Assembly: GCA_051294905.1 (NCBI GenBank)
Contig: CM119373.1
Location: 3,970,001 to 4,034,000 of the forward strand
Reading direction: 5' to 3'
Source of the DNA: Botryllus schlosseri
Taxonomy: Eukaryota
Length of the DNA stretch: 64,000 nt
Both the position numbers and the translations under genes were made by a program. The notes under the pieces were generated by a model. The model was not told where the DNA came from, did not search any database, and saw only the letters and a program-made list of their open reading frames with translations. Shown here piece after piece: positions 35,390 through 48,989 of the stretch; within the stretch, counting starts at the first letter, position 1; each line of letters begins with the position of its first letter.

Positions 35390-37128
35390 CAGGGGTGGGC
35401 AAACTACGGCCGCGTGCGGCTCGCAACAACATTTTGTGCGGCCCGCGACGGCATCGAGAAACGTGATACAAATATTGATAAAAATTTGCAGTAAAGAATC
35501 AAATTACTGGCGCGAATTGATTAAACTTATATTTCCATGATATTGAACAATTCATAATCTTAATATTGTATTTCTGATGTTATTGTTAGCACAATAGCCC
35601 GACCTCGGGGCATACGCATTTTGAAACGCCTCGGCTGCTAAATATCCAAGACTATTCAAACGGAAATGAGTTAGTTCGGATAACACTTGTGATTTTAGAT
35701 TAGAAGTTTCAGTGTTGTAACTGAAAAAATGATTGGTGCGTGTTTTGGTAGATTCGTCCTCCATATGCGAAGTTAGTTGCAAGTCATTTAAAACTTCGGT
35801 ACGTGTTAACGTATTCGTAATGAGTTGTCCGAAGTAATACTTCTGTTCCGGCGTCGATGGTAATGCAATATGTATTAGGCTACTTATCACAAGATGACAT
35901 TATTATAGTGAATTTTTTGCTGCAATAAAAATCACCATTTAAATACAAACATCCTAATTAGCGGCACAATATATCAAATTATGAGGTGCAAAATCAATCA
36001 ACGAAATTGTTAAAATATTTGCCACAAAAGTAAATAATGCTGATGTCGCCCCCGCAAAAGAACGCGAAAAAGTAAGATAAATACAGTAAGCTGTTTGCTG
36101 AAACGCATTTAAAGGGTAACATGCTGCTGGTGTCAGCATTGTATGTTCTGAATCTTGACCAAATGCGGAATCAACATATCTATAAGCCGATCTTTAGTCA
36201 CATATTAAAATTGCTATCCTATCCTAAGAATCGCCACAACCTAGCTTTCATCCCTTCTTTGGGCGAATTGATTCAGGATGGCCTGTTTATAAAATCTCGG
36301 TAATATTTCTGACGCATGAGCCCATAAACGGATATCAGCGATTATGTACGATTTCGCTTCTCGCTACCAGACGCTATCGTAGGCCCCACCGAGATACCAG
36401 GAAAAGTCATTACGACAACTTGGCTTGATCATAAAAATGTGCCGATCATAAATTGGTTTCAATTCAAGACAGGATTTATTGTCCGACTTTGCTTTCCCGT
36501 TAGAACACGGTCCGGCATCGTTAGGATGCTTTAGTGTAGGGGTGTGCACTGTGCAATGTGCATCGATCTAGTGCGGAACTATGAGAGAGAGAATAAAAGG
36601 GACTTGCGATGCCAACTGCTTGCGCGCCAGGACACATGAAGGCAATAAGTTTTGGGCAACATCTCAACGGGTACAGTGCGATAACAAAAAGATTGGCGGC
36701 GATAAAACCCTGGCCAAAATGACCGTCGCTGGCTTGCTAATAATATCGATATTGAATGTCGGGTCGTCAAAGTGGTTGGTACTGAATAGTCTGAGTAGAC
36801 AGCAGTACAAATGCGATCCGTATGGTGAAATAATGTGTTACGTGCGTACGACTGCCGTCTGCGCGTTCTCCATATCATATACATGCCGGTAAAATGTAAC
36901 ATAATTATATTTTAAATATATACGATTTGACGTGTGAGGCCTGGGTCGCGAATATGCCACTAAATCTCGGATTTGGGTCGCAGTCAAAATAGTTTAAGAA
37001 CCACTGCTTTACATAATTGAACAAAAGCGTGCGTTTTGGTTTATAAATACGATTTTACCATAGTGCGACCCGCGAATGTAATCAGATGTTGAATGCGGCC
37101 CGCGAGCTGAAAAGATTGCCCACCCCTG
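35390..37128. mobile_element. hAT (Charlie-like) non-autonomous element
   Basis: caggggtgggcaa...ttgcccacccctg; gtctacg duplicated; empty site near 60665. Confidence 0.9.
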
Positions 37129-37879
37129 GTCTACGTGAATGAAGATTTCGGGCTAAGTAAGCTCTTGAACGGTGTCATTATGTCGGTGAGTTTGCCATAA
37201 TGAGAGCCTTGGTTAACAATACCGAACCATGGCCGTATGTCTGACATCTTTTTTGGCCTTGGAAAACAGGCTATTGCTTCCAAATATTTTGGAAGTGGAC
37301 GTACGTCGTCTGATGTGATCTAGAATCCTAAAAATTCAATATGCTTACATGCAAACTGAAGTTTCAAAGGGTTAAGGATGATGCCTTCGCGTTCTATCAG
37401 CTCGGGATAATTAATCATTATCCATCAATGTTCAGACGGACTGTAATCCCATAACACTGTGTCGTCGACGCACTTTGTCGTTCTAGGCATATCAGCGATT
37501 ATTCGATCATAGCGATGAGTGTATCTATCCATCACCACTTGCTATGAAACCGTGTGCGGCACTCGATATCTATATCTGCCAAATTCAGCGATGGACGTGA
37601 GTAAGTGGCGATCATCCTCTCTGACGAGTACCGAATGGTAGCCATTCCAGGCGTCCCTAACGGATCTGAAGGTATCAGGTAGTATGGAACGTGTTTGATG
37701 AAATGGCGGAACGATGTGGTGCGTGTTCCGGGAGCAATGGCGGTTGAGGGATTGGAATTCGATCACTCTGCGAGGACTTCCATTGCTCGATGACACCACG
37801 TTGTCGGTGTATTGCGTTTAATTTTTTCAATGACACCAAGACGCACGTCATCATCCAATTGCTTCTTTACTGCATCACA

Positions 37880-38408
37880 CCTAGTGACGAAATCCGCGCA
37901 GAAAATGTTCAAGTTCATGAGGTCACACAGCCCTGAATCATCGGAACATGTGATTAATTCTACAAAACCTAGTCACGAATTCCATGCACAAAATGTTCAA
38001 GTCGTGTGCTCACGGAGCCCTGAATCATCGGATCTTGTGACTGATTTTACAAAACCTAGTCACGCACTCCGTGCAGAAAATGTTCAAGTTCATGAGCTCA
38101 CCGAGCCCTGAATCATCGGAACATGTGATTGATTTTACAAAACCTAGTCACGCACTCCGTGCAGAAAATGTTCAAGTTCATGAGCTCACGGAGCCTTGAA
38201 TCATCGGATCCTGCGACTGATTTTACAAAATCTAGTCACGCACTCCGTGCAGAAAATCTTCAAGTTCATGAGCTCACGGAGCCCTGAATCATCGGATCTT
38301 GCTACTGATTTTACAAAACCTAGTCACGCACTCCGTGCAGAAAATGTTCAAGTTCATGAGCTCACAGAGCCCTGAATCATCGGAACTTGCGATTGATTTT
38401 ACAAAACC
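37880..38408. repeat. 88-bp tandem array, about 6 units, abutting the RT 5' end
   Basis: ccctgaatcatcgga recurs at 37931, 38018, 38106, 38194, 38282 and 38370. Confidence 0.95.
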
Positions 38409-38940
38409 AAGCACTGAACATTGAACAGCAATGTGCGCCCTTGTGAACAAGACCTCCGCAAGTTTTTTCATTGTGTAAGTGTGACTCAATTTTACCCGTT
38501 CGACAGTAATTGATAACTATAGCTATAGTCGGAAAAGGTTACTGTGATATCGGTGGCTTAACCTCGGCATGTCGTGCACCAACTCTCTCTTCCTCTCGCT
38601 ACCCTGTCGACCTATTACCCACGCCGGTTGGAGATTTCTTGAGGAACCAAATGTCAGAAAAGTTTCATTTCAGCATCAAACCGACTGCGGCTGATATCGG
38701 CATATATTTTATGATAGTTTAATCAGTATTGCCGCATTAACTTTTCTGCGCGATTCGATCACTCGTCGGCCAGTAGGCCGACCTATTGAACTCGGAAACT
38801 AGCAAAATACCCAGAAAAGACAGAGGGAAGAAACCACCGATCGCTCTGGTCAGGTTGCCACCAAATATATACTATTTTGAGACCCATACTTACATCACGA
38901 CCTATAGCCTACTTTGAGAACCACCTGTGTATTTGTTGTA

Positions 38941-40331
38941 GGGGAGACCGGGGACAAATGTAACTAGGGGCAAATGTAACAATCGACCTCACCGCTAGTA
39001 GGGTGGATAAATCGCTTTGATATTTGGTGTACACATGTGGTAGTAATCTCTCCTAACATATCTGAAGTTACGTTGAGATACGACGCGACACTCCGAAATA
39101 ATTTGAAAAAAACGAAATTTTGGACACTCGAGTAAATATTTTCTGATCTGGAATAATTTGTTCAGACGAATAATACCTCAATTGGTTACAACGTAATATA
39201 TGTAGCTGGGACAATGTTACCGCAGTCTACCTTGATAATAGAAAAACTAGGACTTGCATCGCCAGAAAGGTACCATACTGAAACGCTAATCATGGTCGAG
39301 CGTGTCAGGGGCAAACGTAACACTCTGTTACTTTTGCCCCGTTACAACATCTTTTCAATGCTGAATATCTTTTTTCATATGTTGGTATAACCATTTATTT
39401 ACTGCAGATGAATCTTGAAACAGCCAGAAGTTTACCAGAACAGATAATATCTTGCCATACCAATTCTAACATGATCATCTGTCGGAATGGCAATACAGCA
39501 GTGGTGACGTGAATCTTACGGTTCGGTTATTTCCGTGATTCTACCACCCTTTCTCATGTTGATCGACTTTTGGTGTGTCGACCTTCAATGGTCACTTAGG
39601 AACTTGCCCATGACTGAATCCTTATCCCCTGACTTTGAGCTTGGCCCAATTACATTTTGTCATTTGTTGTGAACAAATTATTTTAATTTCGTACAGAACA
39701 GGAGAATGCCATTAGCGTTGACTCCACAAAATGTTGTGTCCTCGTTTTGCTACACTATCATCGGCGCATTCAACCAAAATATTTTAGCCAGGTAGGTTTA
39801 CACCTTCTCAGGCTGACCCAATGCCCAACCTATTGTGCGCGCTGAACAACAGCACCTTGGTAAAAGATGCCTAATATGTGTAAGGAGATGATGGAATTAA
39901 TGTGGTTCTTGTACACTTTGAGCTCATGAAGAAGTCACGAAGGGTGATATTGTATTTAAATGCCAAAATGCTATGGGACGTAGCCTGGAAGCGTTTGAAC
40001 TTCTATTTCTTTAGTTTGAAGCAATAATACAAGTTGTGGTCCCGTTTTCGTTGTTCATTTTGTTTGTTTTCACTTATAAATAACACTGTTATAATTGCCC
40101 CGCATGGGTGGTACAATTGCCCCTGGGTACGGGGCGATTGTAACATTTGAGCGACGATTTTCGCGACCGAAAATTTCCATGATTGAGTGTTGATTGAGTT
40201 CCATTTTAGTTTCTATATAAATTATCGAGTTGCTGGCTTCCTTATATAAAACTTTGGAAATGAAATTTCCATGAGAACAACACGTAATGTTGGAAAATCC
40301 AAAAAGTGTTACAATTGTCCCCGGTCTCCCC
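38941..40331. mobile_element. Tc1/mariner-pogo-like deletion derivative
   Basis: TIR ggggagaccggggacaa/ttgtccccggtctcccc; TA on both flanks. Confidence 0.9.
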
Positions 40332-40353
40332 TAGTTTATGAAGTAAAGTAATA

Positions 40354-40770
40354 GCCGATCAAGATAGCGTAATGGTTAAGCGTCCGGCTTCTTGATCGGT
40401 AGGTCGTGGGTTCGATTCCCGGCCGGGTCAGACCAAAGACCTGATTAGTAACACTGGTATCCATGGCTTCCCTGCTTGGCGCTCATGCATTACTGGGATA
40501 GCATGGAGGGGTGGTGCATGACTTAGAAAGTCGTAAAGGCTATATCTGCACTTCCTTGTCCAGCGGCATATGCACATCATGCACTCATGGTATGCATATG
40601 CGCAGATCGTGTGTATGTGTATCATGAGTCGGTGTATATGCCGCAAAAACATCAAGGACAAAAATAAACTACGTTCTTTCCTTTCCAGATTTCGATCTTT
40701 TCCCCCTATCTCGGTGTGGGTTGTGTCAAGCATTTAACCGCCTTTCTTTCAACATTCATCAATAATATAC
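40354..40770 (+). mobile_element. tRNA-derived SINE with a conserved central domain (Meta-domain-like)
   Basis: A box tagcgtaatgg and B box ggttcgattcc, then ggtcagaccaaagac...tggtatccatggcttccctgcttggcgctcatgcatta. Confidence 0.8.
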
Positions 40771-41571
40771 CGAACTTAGCAAGAATTGATCAACCATTTA
40801 TTCAAATATGATTGAAAGAACGTTCCAACATTTTTATCCCCCATCGCCACCTTTGTGCGCTTTCGCCCCCCCATCGCCCTTTGTGCTTGAGACCCCCTAT
40901 CTCGCGAAATCTTCTTCGAGGGTTGCGATATCGCCCACTTTGGGTAGGCCCTATAGGCTACTTTCGACCATGAATAAATGACATCCGTTTCTTCCGCGAA
41001 GTAAAGATAATAAATAACCAATGTATTGAATTACTCTTATTCTGCTGGACAATATCTAGCCCCGAATTGATTTCAGAGGTAACGGATCTGTCAACTTGTC
41101 TTTATGCATTGGGTATCCTGACTCAATAAAGAACCATTACAAGGAAATGAATGAACCGAGCGAGGAAGTGGCGTTAACATGAAAACCAGTCAAAAACCCA
41201 ATGATCAAACACCACTACATCGAGCAAGGCCGAGGTCTTGGTATGCTCAGGGTACTTGGTCGTTTCGATCACTTCGATCCTCCTACCTATATGCTCTGTT
41301 CCTTTTCTCGCATGGTGTCTATGTGTATCGCATTGTGCGTATCGGGCGGGTGAAAATAATGAGAGTCGCTGATTCTGATAACATGGCTATGTAAATATAT
41401 GATTTAGGTCTCTATGTGAATTAGAAGGCTGACAAAATCAGTAAATCGAGGAGTAAAATGCATAACGAAAATTTATCTCATGTTTGATAAGTAGAGCCGT
41501 TAAAATATATGTTCACCAAACGCATTTTATACAAGTGAGGCTTCTGAGGTTAGAATAGAGTCACTAGTAGG

Positions 41572-42119
41572 CAGGGTTGTAACGCAGTCACAAGGCTCCG
41601 CGTCACAAGTCAATCTCACTTTTATAGTTTTGACTCGAGTCAAGTCGAGTCATTTTCAATTCAACACCGACTCAAGTCCGAGTCTAAGTCATCAAGCAGA
41701 GGGCCGAGTCCGAGCCATGGTATTATGACTCGAATCCGAGTCCAAGTCATTGTGCTGACTGTTCAGTTTCCAGTTGAAGTCTTGTTAAAACCACTTTTTA
41801 TAACTCTGTTTGGTGATATCGAATTGTTCGCATTTATAATGTACTAATTTCCCTCACTTTTAGCAGTTTCTGTTCGCATTTTCAAGTACCAGTACCAATA
41901 GACGAAATCCCGATAGGGTGGTTACTTTACTGTTCTTCGAAATTACAATGAAATGTCGGTCTTGGCCGTCTGAGTCTCGAGTCATATGACTTGGTTCGAG
42001 TCATGCGCAATGACCCGAGTCCAAATCGAGTCAATACACAGATTGACTCGAGTCGAGTCGAGCCATTTACGAATTTTGAGAAAATGACTCGACTCATGAC
42101 TCGAGTCATTACAACCCTG
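41572..42119. mobile_element. hAT MITE with GACTCGAGTC repeats
   Basis: cagggttgtaa/ttacaaccctg; perfect TSD ctagtagg; partial copy at about 28890-29059. Confidence 0.92.
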
Positions 42120-42596
42120 CTAGTAGGCTTGTAATGCGTTGACAAAATGGATACATTATTGCTCCATTATGAGACCATTGGCCCCAACAGAACATACTGC
42201 ACCCTACACCAGCGTATCGTTTGTTGTTATGAACTTCCTCTCCGCTCCAATATATTATTACATCCCGACTCTCTAACTATATGACATCACAAATCTCCTT
42301 GATCAATATTGCACATTGCGAGCGTGTTGTCGCAACAATTCGTCGGCGTAATGTTTGATAAACATAGTATCGTGACACCATCATGGTTTTCAAGATCACT
42401 ACTCCTGATGTAATCGTTTCGCATAAATAGGACACATCACATGGCGTTATATCATTTCGCCAAAAGATGAGATCTCTTCATTTTCATTTCGTAACGGCGG
42501 TCATCATAGCAGCGGTACCCAACAGCTTGGGATGTGATGTCAAAGCCCCTCTGCCGAAATCTGAACCTTCTATTGACTGGAGTCAGGTATGGATGT

Positions 42597-43330
42597 ATTA
42601 TTAATATTATTATTACTAGTTGTGAAATGGGACATTGTGGCGCTTATCACCTTATCGGTCTGGTGCGCCACGACAAAAATGTCGTATTACATGTCACGAA
42701 TTGTGTACCTAAAATAAAATCGCTCAAATCAACACATTGCTGGCCAGGACGAACTCAACGAGAGGCGATAGAAGTCCTGGCCGTACGAGAAGGTTATCTG
42801 TGGTAAACTCAACTTTCAAGTTCAAGCAGAAATCAATCAAATATGCTCGGTGCCAATCGTATTTTGGGCATGCGAGGAGGAAGTGATCCACATTCTCGGG
42901 TACGAGGCATAAGTCACACAATTGCGTGTCGATGCAGATTATTTCAAATAAATGGAATTTTAGGCGACAATGGCCGGATCGGAGACGGAATATTATCGTT
43001 TCTTACAAACGCGATCTGTGGATTCAGGGAAACGTTGTTTGTACCGTTTGGTGAGAACGTTTGTAGTGGTTTCTCGTCTCTGTTGAACGGTACTCGTTCT
43101 GCCACTCAGTCCGGACGTATTTGCGTACTTCGTTCTTGACATCGCTATAGGTAATTTGAGGTATTCCCTGACTGTCAAGTGCGAAAGCGGCGGTGGAACG
43201 TGCAAAATGCGAAAACGGACGAAGGGGGCGATAGAGCGGCTATATTGGAGTCAGGACTGTAACTGCCGCACCCCAAACTCCCCAATTGGGAGTGGGCGGG
43301 TGAACTCGAAGGGGTCCCAAAATTATGTCG
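42597..43330 (-). mobile_element. 3' fragment of an I/Nimb-like LINE
   Basis: C-terminal zinc motif CDLCLVPENVDHFLLACPKY, a 3' stem-loop and a (TAA)n-like tail. Confidence 0.75.
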
Positions 43331-45342
43331 TGAATTAACATAAATTATAGAGTATGTTTTTAGAAATTCATGCAACTTTTTCAAAAATTAACCGCGTTTA
43401 ATATTGTCATATAACTTGATTTTGGGGTACCCGTCACCCAACAAAAATACGCATGATTTATGGAAATGGGAGACTTCGACGTCGGCCATTACTGCGCCAC
43501 GACGCACCAAGACATATGAAGTTATAGGCCATGTAACATGCGACTCCGAGAAGTGTGCTAGAACGATCAGCAGCGAGAAGACCTGGGCCGAAAAGGAATG
43601 CCCTTATACTGACCTAAAACTTCGATATATATACATATATGTTTAATTGTCCATAGGCGCCTCAATGACTGGCGTCGAATGTTCCTTTCCTGGCGAGCTG
43701 AACCCTACAGGACAAATGCCATCCCGCAGGAAAAAATTATTAGCCAGTAAAGAAATACCAATTTGAAATCATGTGCGTCTTTTCGTTCGGTACGTTTTGG
43801 CGATTTCCATATCTTCTGACATAGCAGATAGGAGGTCACGAAATAGCATCATGTAACGAAGTCAATATATCAACGGGCTCGGCCGAAGATGTTTAATTAT
43901 TATTTAGGGGTCCTACCTTTTCCAACACACCACAGTCAGCTCTACCGGTAAATCTGATTACGTGAGCAGAGAGAGGATAAAAAATTGAGAGCAATATATA
44001 TACAATTTCCGACCATATTGACCGATTTAATCATGAATTATATAAATTTGTTGCGCTTCGCGCGTTTAGGCGAAATTCGGTGACTCACCAAACAGTACAG
44101 GAAATTGGGTATAACTGATATGTAGCGACAAAAAGCCCTCTGGCTGAGGGGGGTCTGGTGTTTGGTTTATCACCCTATGGGGACCCAAGACCAACGTTTT
44201 TTTGGGAAGGGCTGACGAAGTGCTGTTACGGTCCTGATTGGAGACCTTTTTTTAGTTACCTAACGAAAATTTTTGTTATTAGTCAACTCGCCGGTGATCC
44301 CAGTTTGTATGCCCATTTTTGGTTCCAAATATTAGGGGGGCGATGATCGGTGTGGAGCTTCAAAAGGGGGCGATCAGTCGAAAAAGGTTGGGAACCACTC
44401 GCCTAGATCGATGCCACTATCTTTATGTTTATTAATTCAATTGAACCCCTGGCTAGATTACTTATTATATGGTAAAAGTGTGGATTTTTATATGGTATGG
44501 AAAAGTGATATGGCTACATTCGTGAAAATTTGCATATTTTGGGCATATGTCGTAGAGCAAAAACTTGACGTGATAGAAGAAAACCAGTGGCATATCTGGT
44601 ATCAGCACGCCAAAATTAGCCTAAATCAAGTGCAAAATCGAAATCAACAAATTTTTTGTTCAAAGTTGTTGCCGCGACGGGACATTAACGATAGCTAGCA
44701 TGTATGGATGTTGAGATGTGTTTAAATAAGAGTCGTGTTGAATATTATATTCATATTGAAGTTTACCCGAATGTTTTCGGCTTATGCTCGCCGGGGGTAG
44801 GGTGGGATAGTGTTGTGCTCCCCTTTTCGCGCACTTTTATATCCTTATCGACGATATTTCAGTTCAACAACACCTGGTATGAAACAGTAACGTCATTCGA
44901 CCCGATCTCCTTGGGACTCAGATGTAAAAGTCTCGAAGTAGGACACGCTAACCCAGAGGAAGATCTCAACTTGGTTATAACATATTTCTACCACAAGTAA
45001 GCATTTATCGTCGTAGAAAAGTCCTCTTACATCACTGGTTCTTAAACTTTTTAAAGGGCGACGCAAATCTTACGTTTTTGAAGATCTCTCGACCCGAGCC
45101 TTGCACATTAAATGAAATGCACTTCTAATGTTAGCATATGCTACGTTTTCATGGGCATGTATGAAATAGAGACGGTAGCTTACATACAAACCAGAGGTTG
45201 ACTGTAACGAAGTACCTTTCCTTTTCGGGAGTCCTACACACCAGTAGCCTACGCCTAATCTACTTGCTCTACTTACTCAAGTGGTCGTTTTTTCTATTAC
45301 TTCCACTTCTACTTGAAACTACATCTATTTTGTACTTTAGAT

Positions 45343-47428
45343 CAGGGGTTCTCAAACTGTGGGCCATAAGAGTATTTTGAAGTGGGCCACAGAGCCATTT
45401 GGAAAAGTGTAGAGATAGTGAGAGTTTATTCATATTTGTTATGTTATTTGTTCAAAAATTTATTCATATTATTGAATTATATGTAGGCTACATACAAATT
45501 TTGATCCGACTCTGATGAGACGTAGTGGCACGTATACAGAGTCACAATATAAAAGTCGAAAATGGGATAGGGAAACGGCACCTTTTGTCGCCCCGCCTAT
45601 GAAAACCTACTGTTAACAAGCAACGAAAATAATTCCGATTATATAATAACTGGAAGTTGATGCAGAAGTAGCCAAGTATTCTGGCGGGGTAACATGTCGT
45701 ATGCTGTTGAAAAGGGTATGCATTAAACTCGTACTGAAGTGTATTTGATTTATATTTAAGGAACTTCGGCAGGTCGTATTATTGTAACATAAAAATATCC
45801 ATATTTGCAATTCATTTTCTATTAACAACTTCCTGTGGAAGTATATAAAGCACCACCGCCACGAATCGTAATGGATTGGGGATTTAGCGCATCACATTAA
45901 TCTTTGGAACCGATTCAAAACGTCCGGCCTTGAAATCATTGTATCGTACATAATGTAAGAGTCACACGAATTGACTGTATCATTTTAGATTGAATGTTCT
46001 GATATCGCAGCTTCAGTAGGTACGAGACATACTACGTACATTGAACAGGTTGCATATTAAAAATACCCCCTCCACTTCTTTGTGGTATCCCATTCACCAA
46101 ATAATTGTTTGAAGCTGACTCAGAATGGCTATATTATTCACCACCATATTGGAACAAAAACTCCAATCACACAGTGGGTGCGGGGATTAGATCATTGGGT
46201 TTCGCGACGTGAGTGGAACAGCGGACGGCAATAATGTACACAAGATTGATACGATCTACTAGGGCCGTAACTTCCGCACCCCAAACCCCCAATTAGGAGG
46301 AACTCGAAGGGGTTCAAAACTATTTCGTTATTCGTTTCTATGTGGAAAGTTATTCGATTGAAATTTTTTTTCGCTACGCGCGATTTCGTGTCCCTGGCGG
46401 TCTTCAAATATTATTAATAGTAACAGAAAAATGCGCATGTTCTAGAGCAGTGGTTCTCAACCTTTTCGACTTCGCGGACCCATTTTGGACCGTCAAGGAC
46501 CCCGCGGACCCCCAATTATAGTTCAAATTTAGCTCAATTTTCATGCAGCCGTCATCAGTATTATGCGAAAACAGCAACAAAATAACTTTTCTCGAAAATA
46601 ACATCACACTATTTCTGTGGAAATTGGGTAAACGATTGCGAATTCTGCAGCTGCATTTCTTGAAATATGCGGTTGTGTCTTGAAAATCCGCGCTTTCGAT
46701 ATGTAATATGAACGAGTGCCGAGAATTTATTTCCACAACGTAGGTGGTGGCGAATGCCATGGATATGGTATAGTAACGGACAGCGCTTCCGACGACCCCT
46801 TTGCGTACGATCGAAATATATGTGGTGCCAAAATTGAGACACCTATTTTTTATTGAACATATCCATCCTAGTCATTTCTATCTAGCAGCTCATCTAGAAG
46901 ATGTTCTGGAATAGGGGTTATGTAGCCTATATTACAAGAAATATGGATTTCTACGCTGATTGACCTTACTATTCCAACTTTTTTATGTTTTCCACAAACC
47001 CCAACAAAACATCTTCAAACAGCAACATGTTTGTATCGGTAGGCTACTGGCAATTTGGCAATTAATATGTGTTTGCACGCAGTAGGATATTTCATCTCAG
47101 CCGGTCATTCTGTTGACGTGAGTCACGAAGTTGTAGCAGCTATGAAGCGAAACTGCCTCGTGATTTCGCTATTTTGAAAATTAAACAAAAATTGGGTTAT
47201 CAATTATTTTGCAAGTTTAGAGACTTCGCGGACCCCCTGAAAATGCTTCGCGGACCCATAGGCGTCCGCGGACCCCCGGTTGAGAACCACTGTTCTAGAG
47301 AAACAGGCATTTTGGCGCCGATGATTACCACACATTGAACAAGACTGTTATTCAAGTATAAGGGGTGGGCCGCGGAACATTTTCAAACCGGAAATGAGCC
47401 ACGGTCAAGTAAAGGTTGAGAACCCCTG
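45343..47428. mobile_element. hAT element with a nested hAT MITE at 46448-47292
   Basis: Outer caggggttctcaa/ttgagaacccctg with TSD ctttagat. Inner cagtggttctcaacc/ggttgagaaccactg with TSD ttctagag. Confidence 0.93.
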
Positions 47429-47575
47429 CTTTAGATGTTGTAGAGTGGAACGTAGTTTTGGGAGAGATTCCGTTACTTTTATGAGTGAAATCGTCACATG
47501 ATGTGTGAAATATCCCCGTTAATATCACTAACTAAAAATAATTTCGAAAATTTGATCAATTTTCAGTGCTATTAG

Positions 47576-48063
47576 TAGAGGTCGACCGATTTATCGACCT
47601 GGCCGATCATATCGAGGCCCATATTAGAAATTCAATGCTCCGTGTTCTCAATCTCAAGAAATCGACGACGCAAAGGGCGATACGTGACAGATTTGCAATT
47701 GCAGGACAAGTTTAACTTGTGATCATGCAGAGTAACTATGCTTCCTGCATTACAATCTACCTCTACTGGACTGATCTTCAATTCTCTATCACGTATTGCT
47801 TTTTGGGGTTAGCCTATATTTTAATTAATGTGCACAAATCAGCAATATTTCCTTTTAGTCTCGGTTTTATATTTTCTTGTTCAGCCTTATGTGGCATGTA
47901 CAAGTGCCACCTTGCCTACTATATAATATTTTTTGGGAAATGTTTCTCTGCTCTTCCTTATTAATATCGGCATATGTTATCGGTTATCGGCCTTGTGACT
48001 TGTGAGTGTCTCGATAATCAGTATCCGTATCGGCCTGCAAACATCAATGTCGGTCGACCTCTA
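47576..48063. mobile_element. hAT-like MITE
   Basis: TIR tagaggtcgaccga/tcggtcgacctcta with atcgg repeats; TSD degraded. Confidence 0.8.
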
Positions 48064-48658
48064 GTTATGGCTGTTCGCGTGAGTGGTGAACATGCATTCT
48101 GCAATTTTTGAAAGTAGCCCCCTTCAATATACCCCATGTACTTACTACTTTTTCAAACTTCTTTCTTGGGTACTGCCGCGGCCTACATTTATACCCTTCG
48201 CGACCTATGTTCGGGTCGGTCCCAATACCTTAGGAATCCCTGTCTTACATGCAGGGCTGAACTCTCCAAACTACCGCTAAAACTAGCGTTCGTATTACGG
48301 CTGCATTTCCCTGCAGGGTCATACGGTCAGAAAGGGGCATGGGGACGGTCAGTTTTAAGGATGGTGCAAACCCCTTAAAGGTTCTGGTTCGTGTAAACAC
48401 GAACTTTAACAAAAGGTTCCCAACGAACACCGATCTCTGACTTCAGAATGCGACGCGACACGTGAAAACGACATATCCGTTGATTAATCAATCCATCGAC
48501 TATAGGGAGTAGATCATACTCGGGTCAAAAAGTTAGATTTTCGATAGTAATCAGCAGATTTTTAGAATTCTTGAATGAGATATCTAATATGTGAATTTAG
48601 CATAATGATTAAAATGCCACGGACAACAACATAAACTACAACGCAGGCTGTGAAAGTA

Positions 48659-48989
48659 TAGGGTTACCATATTTTGGAATCCGGGAAGCAGGACACTTTT
48701 TAAAAATCATAAAAGTTGAATTTATGAAATTAAATATGTCCGATTTTGTAATATTTACTGGAAATCTTGTTGTGTTGACTAAAAAAAGATCATCACTTTG
48801 ACTCGACTCCCGAATTACCTGCTTTTTACGTTACTTTTGTGGTGTTGACTATAAAAATAGGTTTGTAAAATCTGTAAAGGACGACGAATTGCCTAAAATG
48901 ACGACAATTAAGACGTCCGATGAGGACATTTTCAATTTACTGGAAAAAGGACGGCAAATCCCCCTAAAGGAGGACGTATAGTAACCCAA
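48659..48989. mobile_element. hAT-like MITE, TAGGGTTACC family
   Basis: tagggttaccata...tatagtaaccc with ggac repeats; relative at about 58716-59036. Confidence 0.7.

Larger units (their letters stand above)
35003..37885 (-). pseudogene. pol: Decayed Gypsy RT-RNase H (copy A), interrupted at 35325-35356 and 35390-37128
   Basis: DAVKKQLDDDVRLGVIEK, GSPRRVIEFQSLN, DAWNGYHSV, FGRYRY, KCVDDTVL and AGSRFLRDSERRYAPIEGEA. Confidence 0.9.

Noticed and set aside
37880..38408. CRISPR-like array next to an RT
   Set aside because: The units repeat over their whole 88 bp with no unique spacers, there are no cas genes, and the context is eukaryotic.
40354..40428. Functional tRNA genes here, at 7220-7290 and at 50570-50640
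   Set aside because: A and B boxes are present, but the cloverleaf pairing is poor and each continues into a SINE body and tail.
45505..45570. Hammerhead-like ctgatga...gaaa
   Set aside because: I could not form convincing stems I and III or an NUH site.
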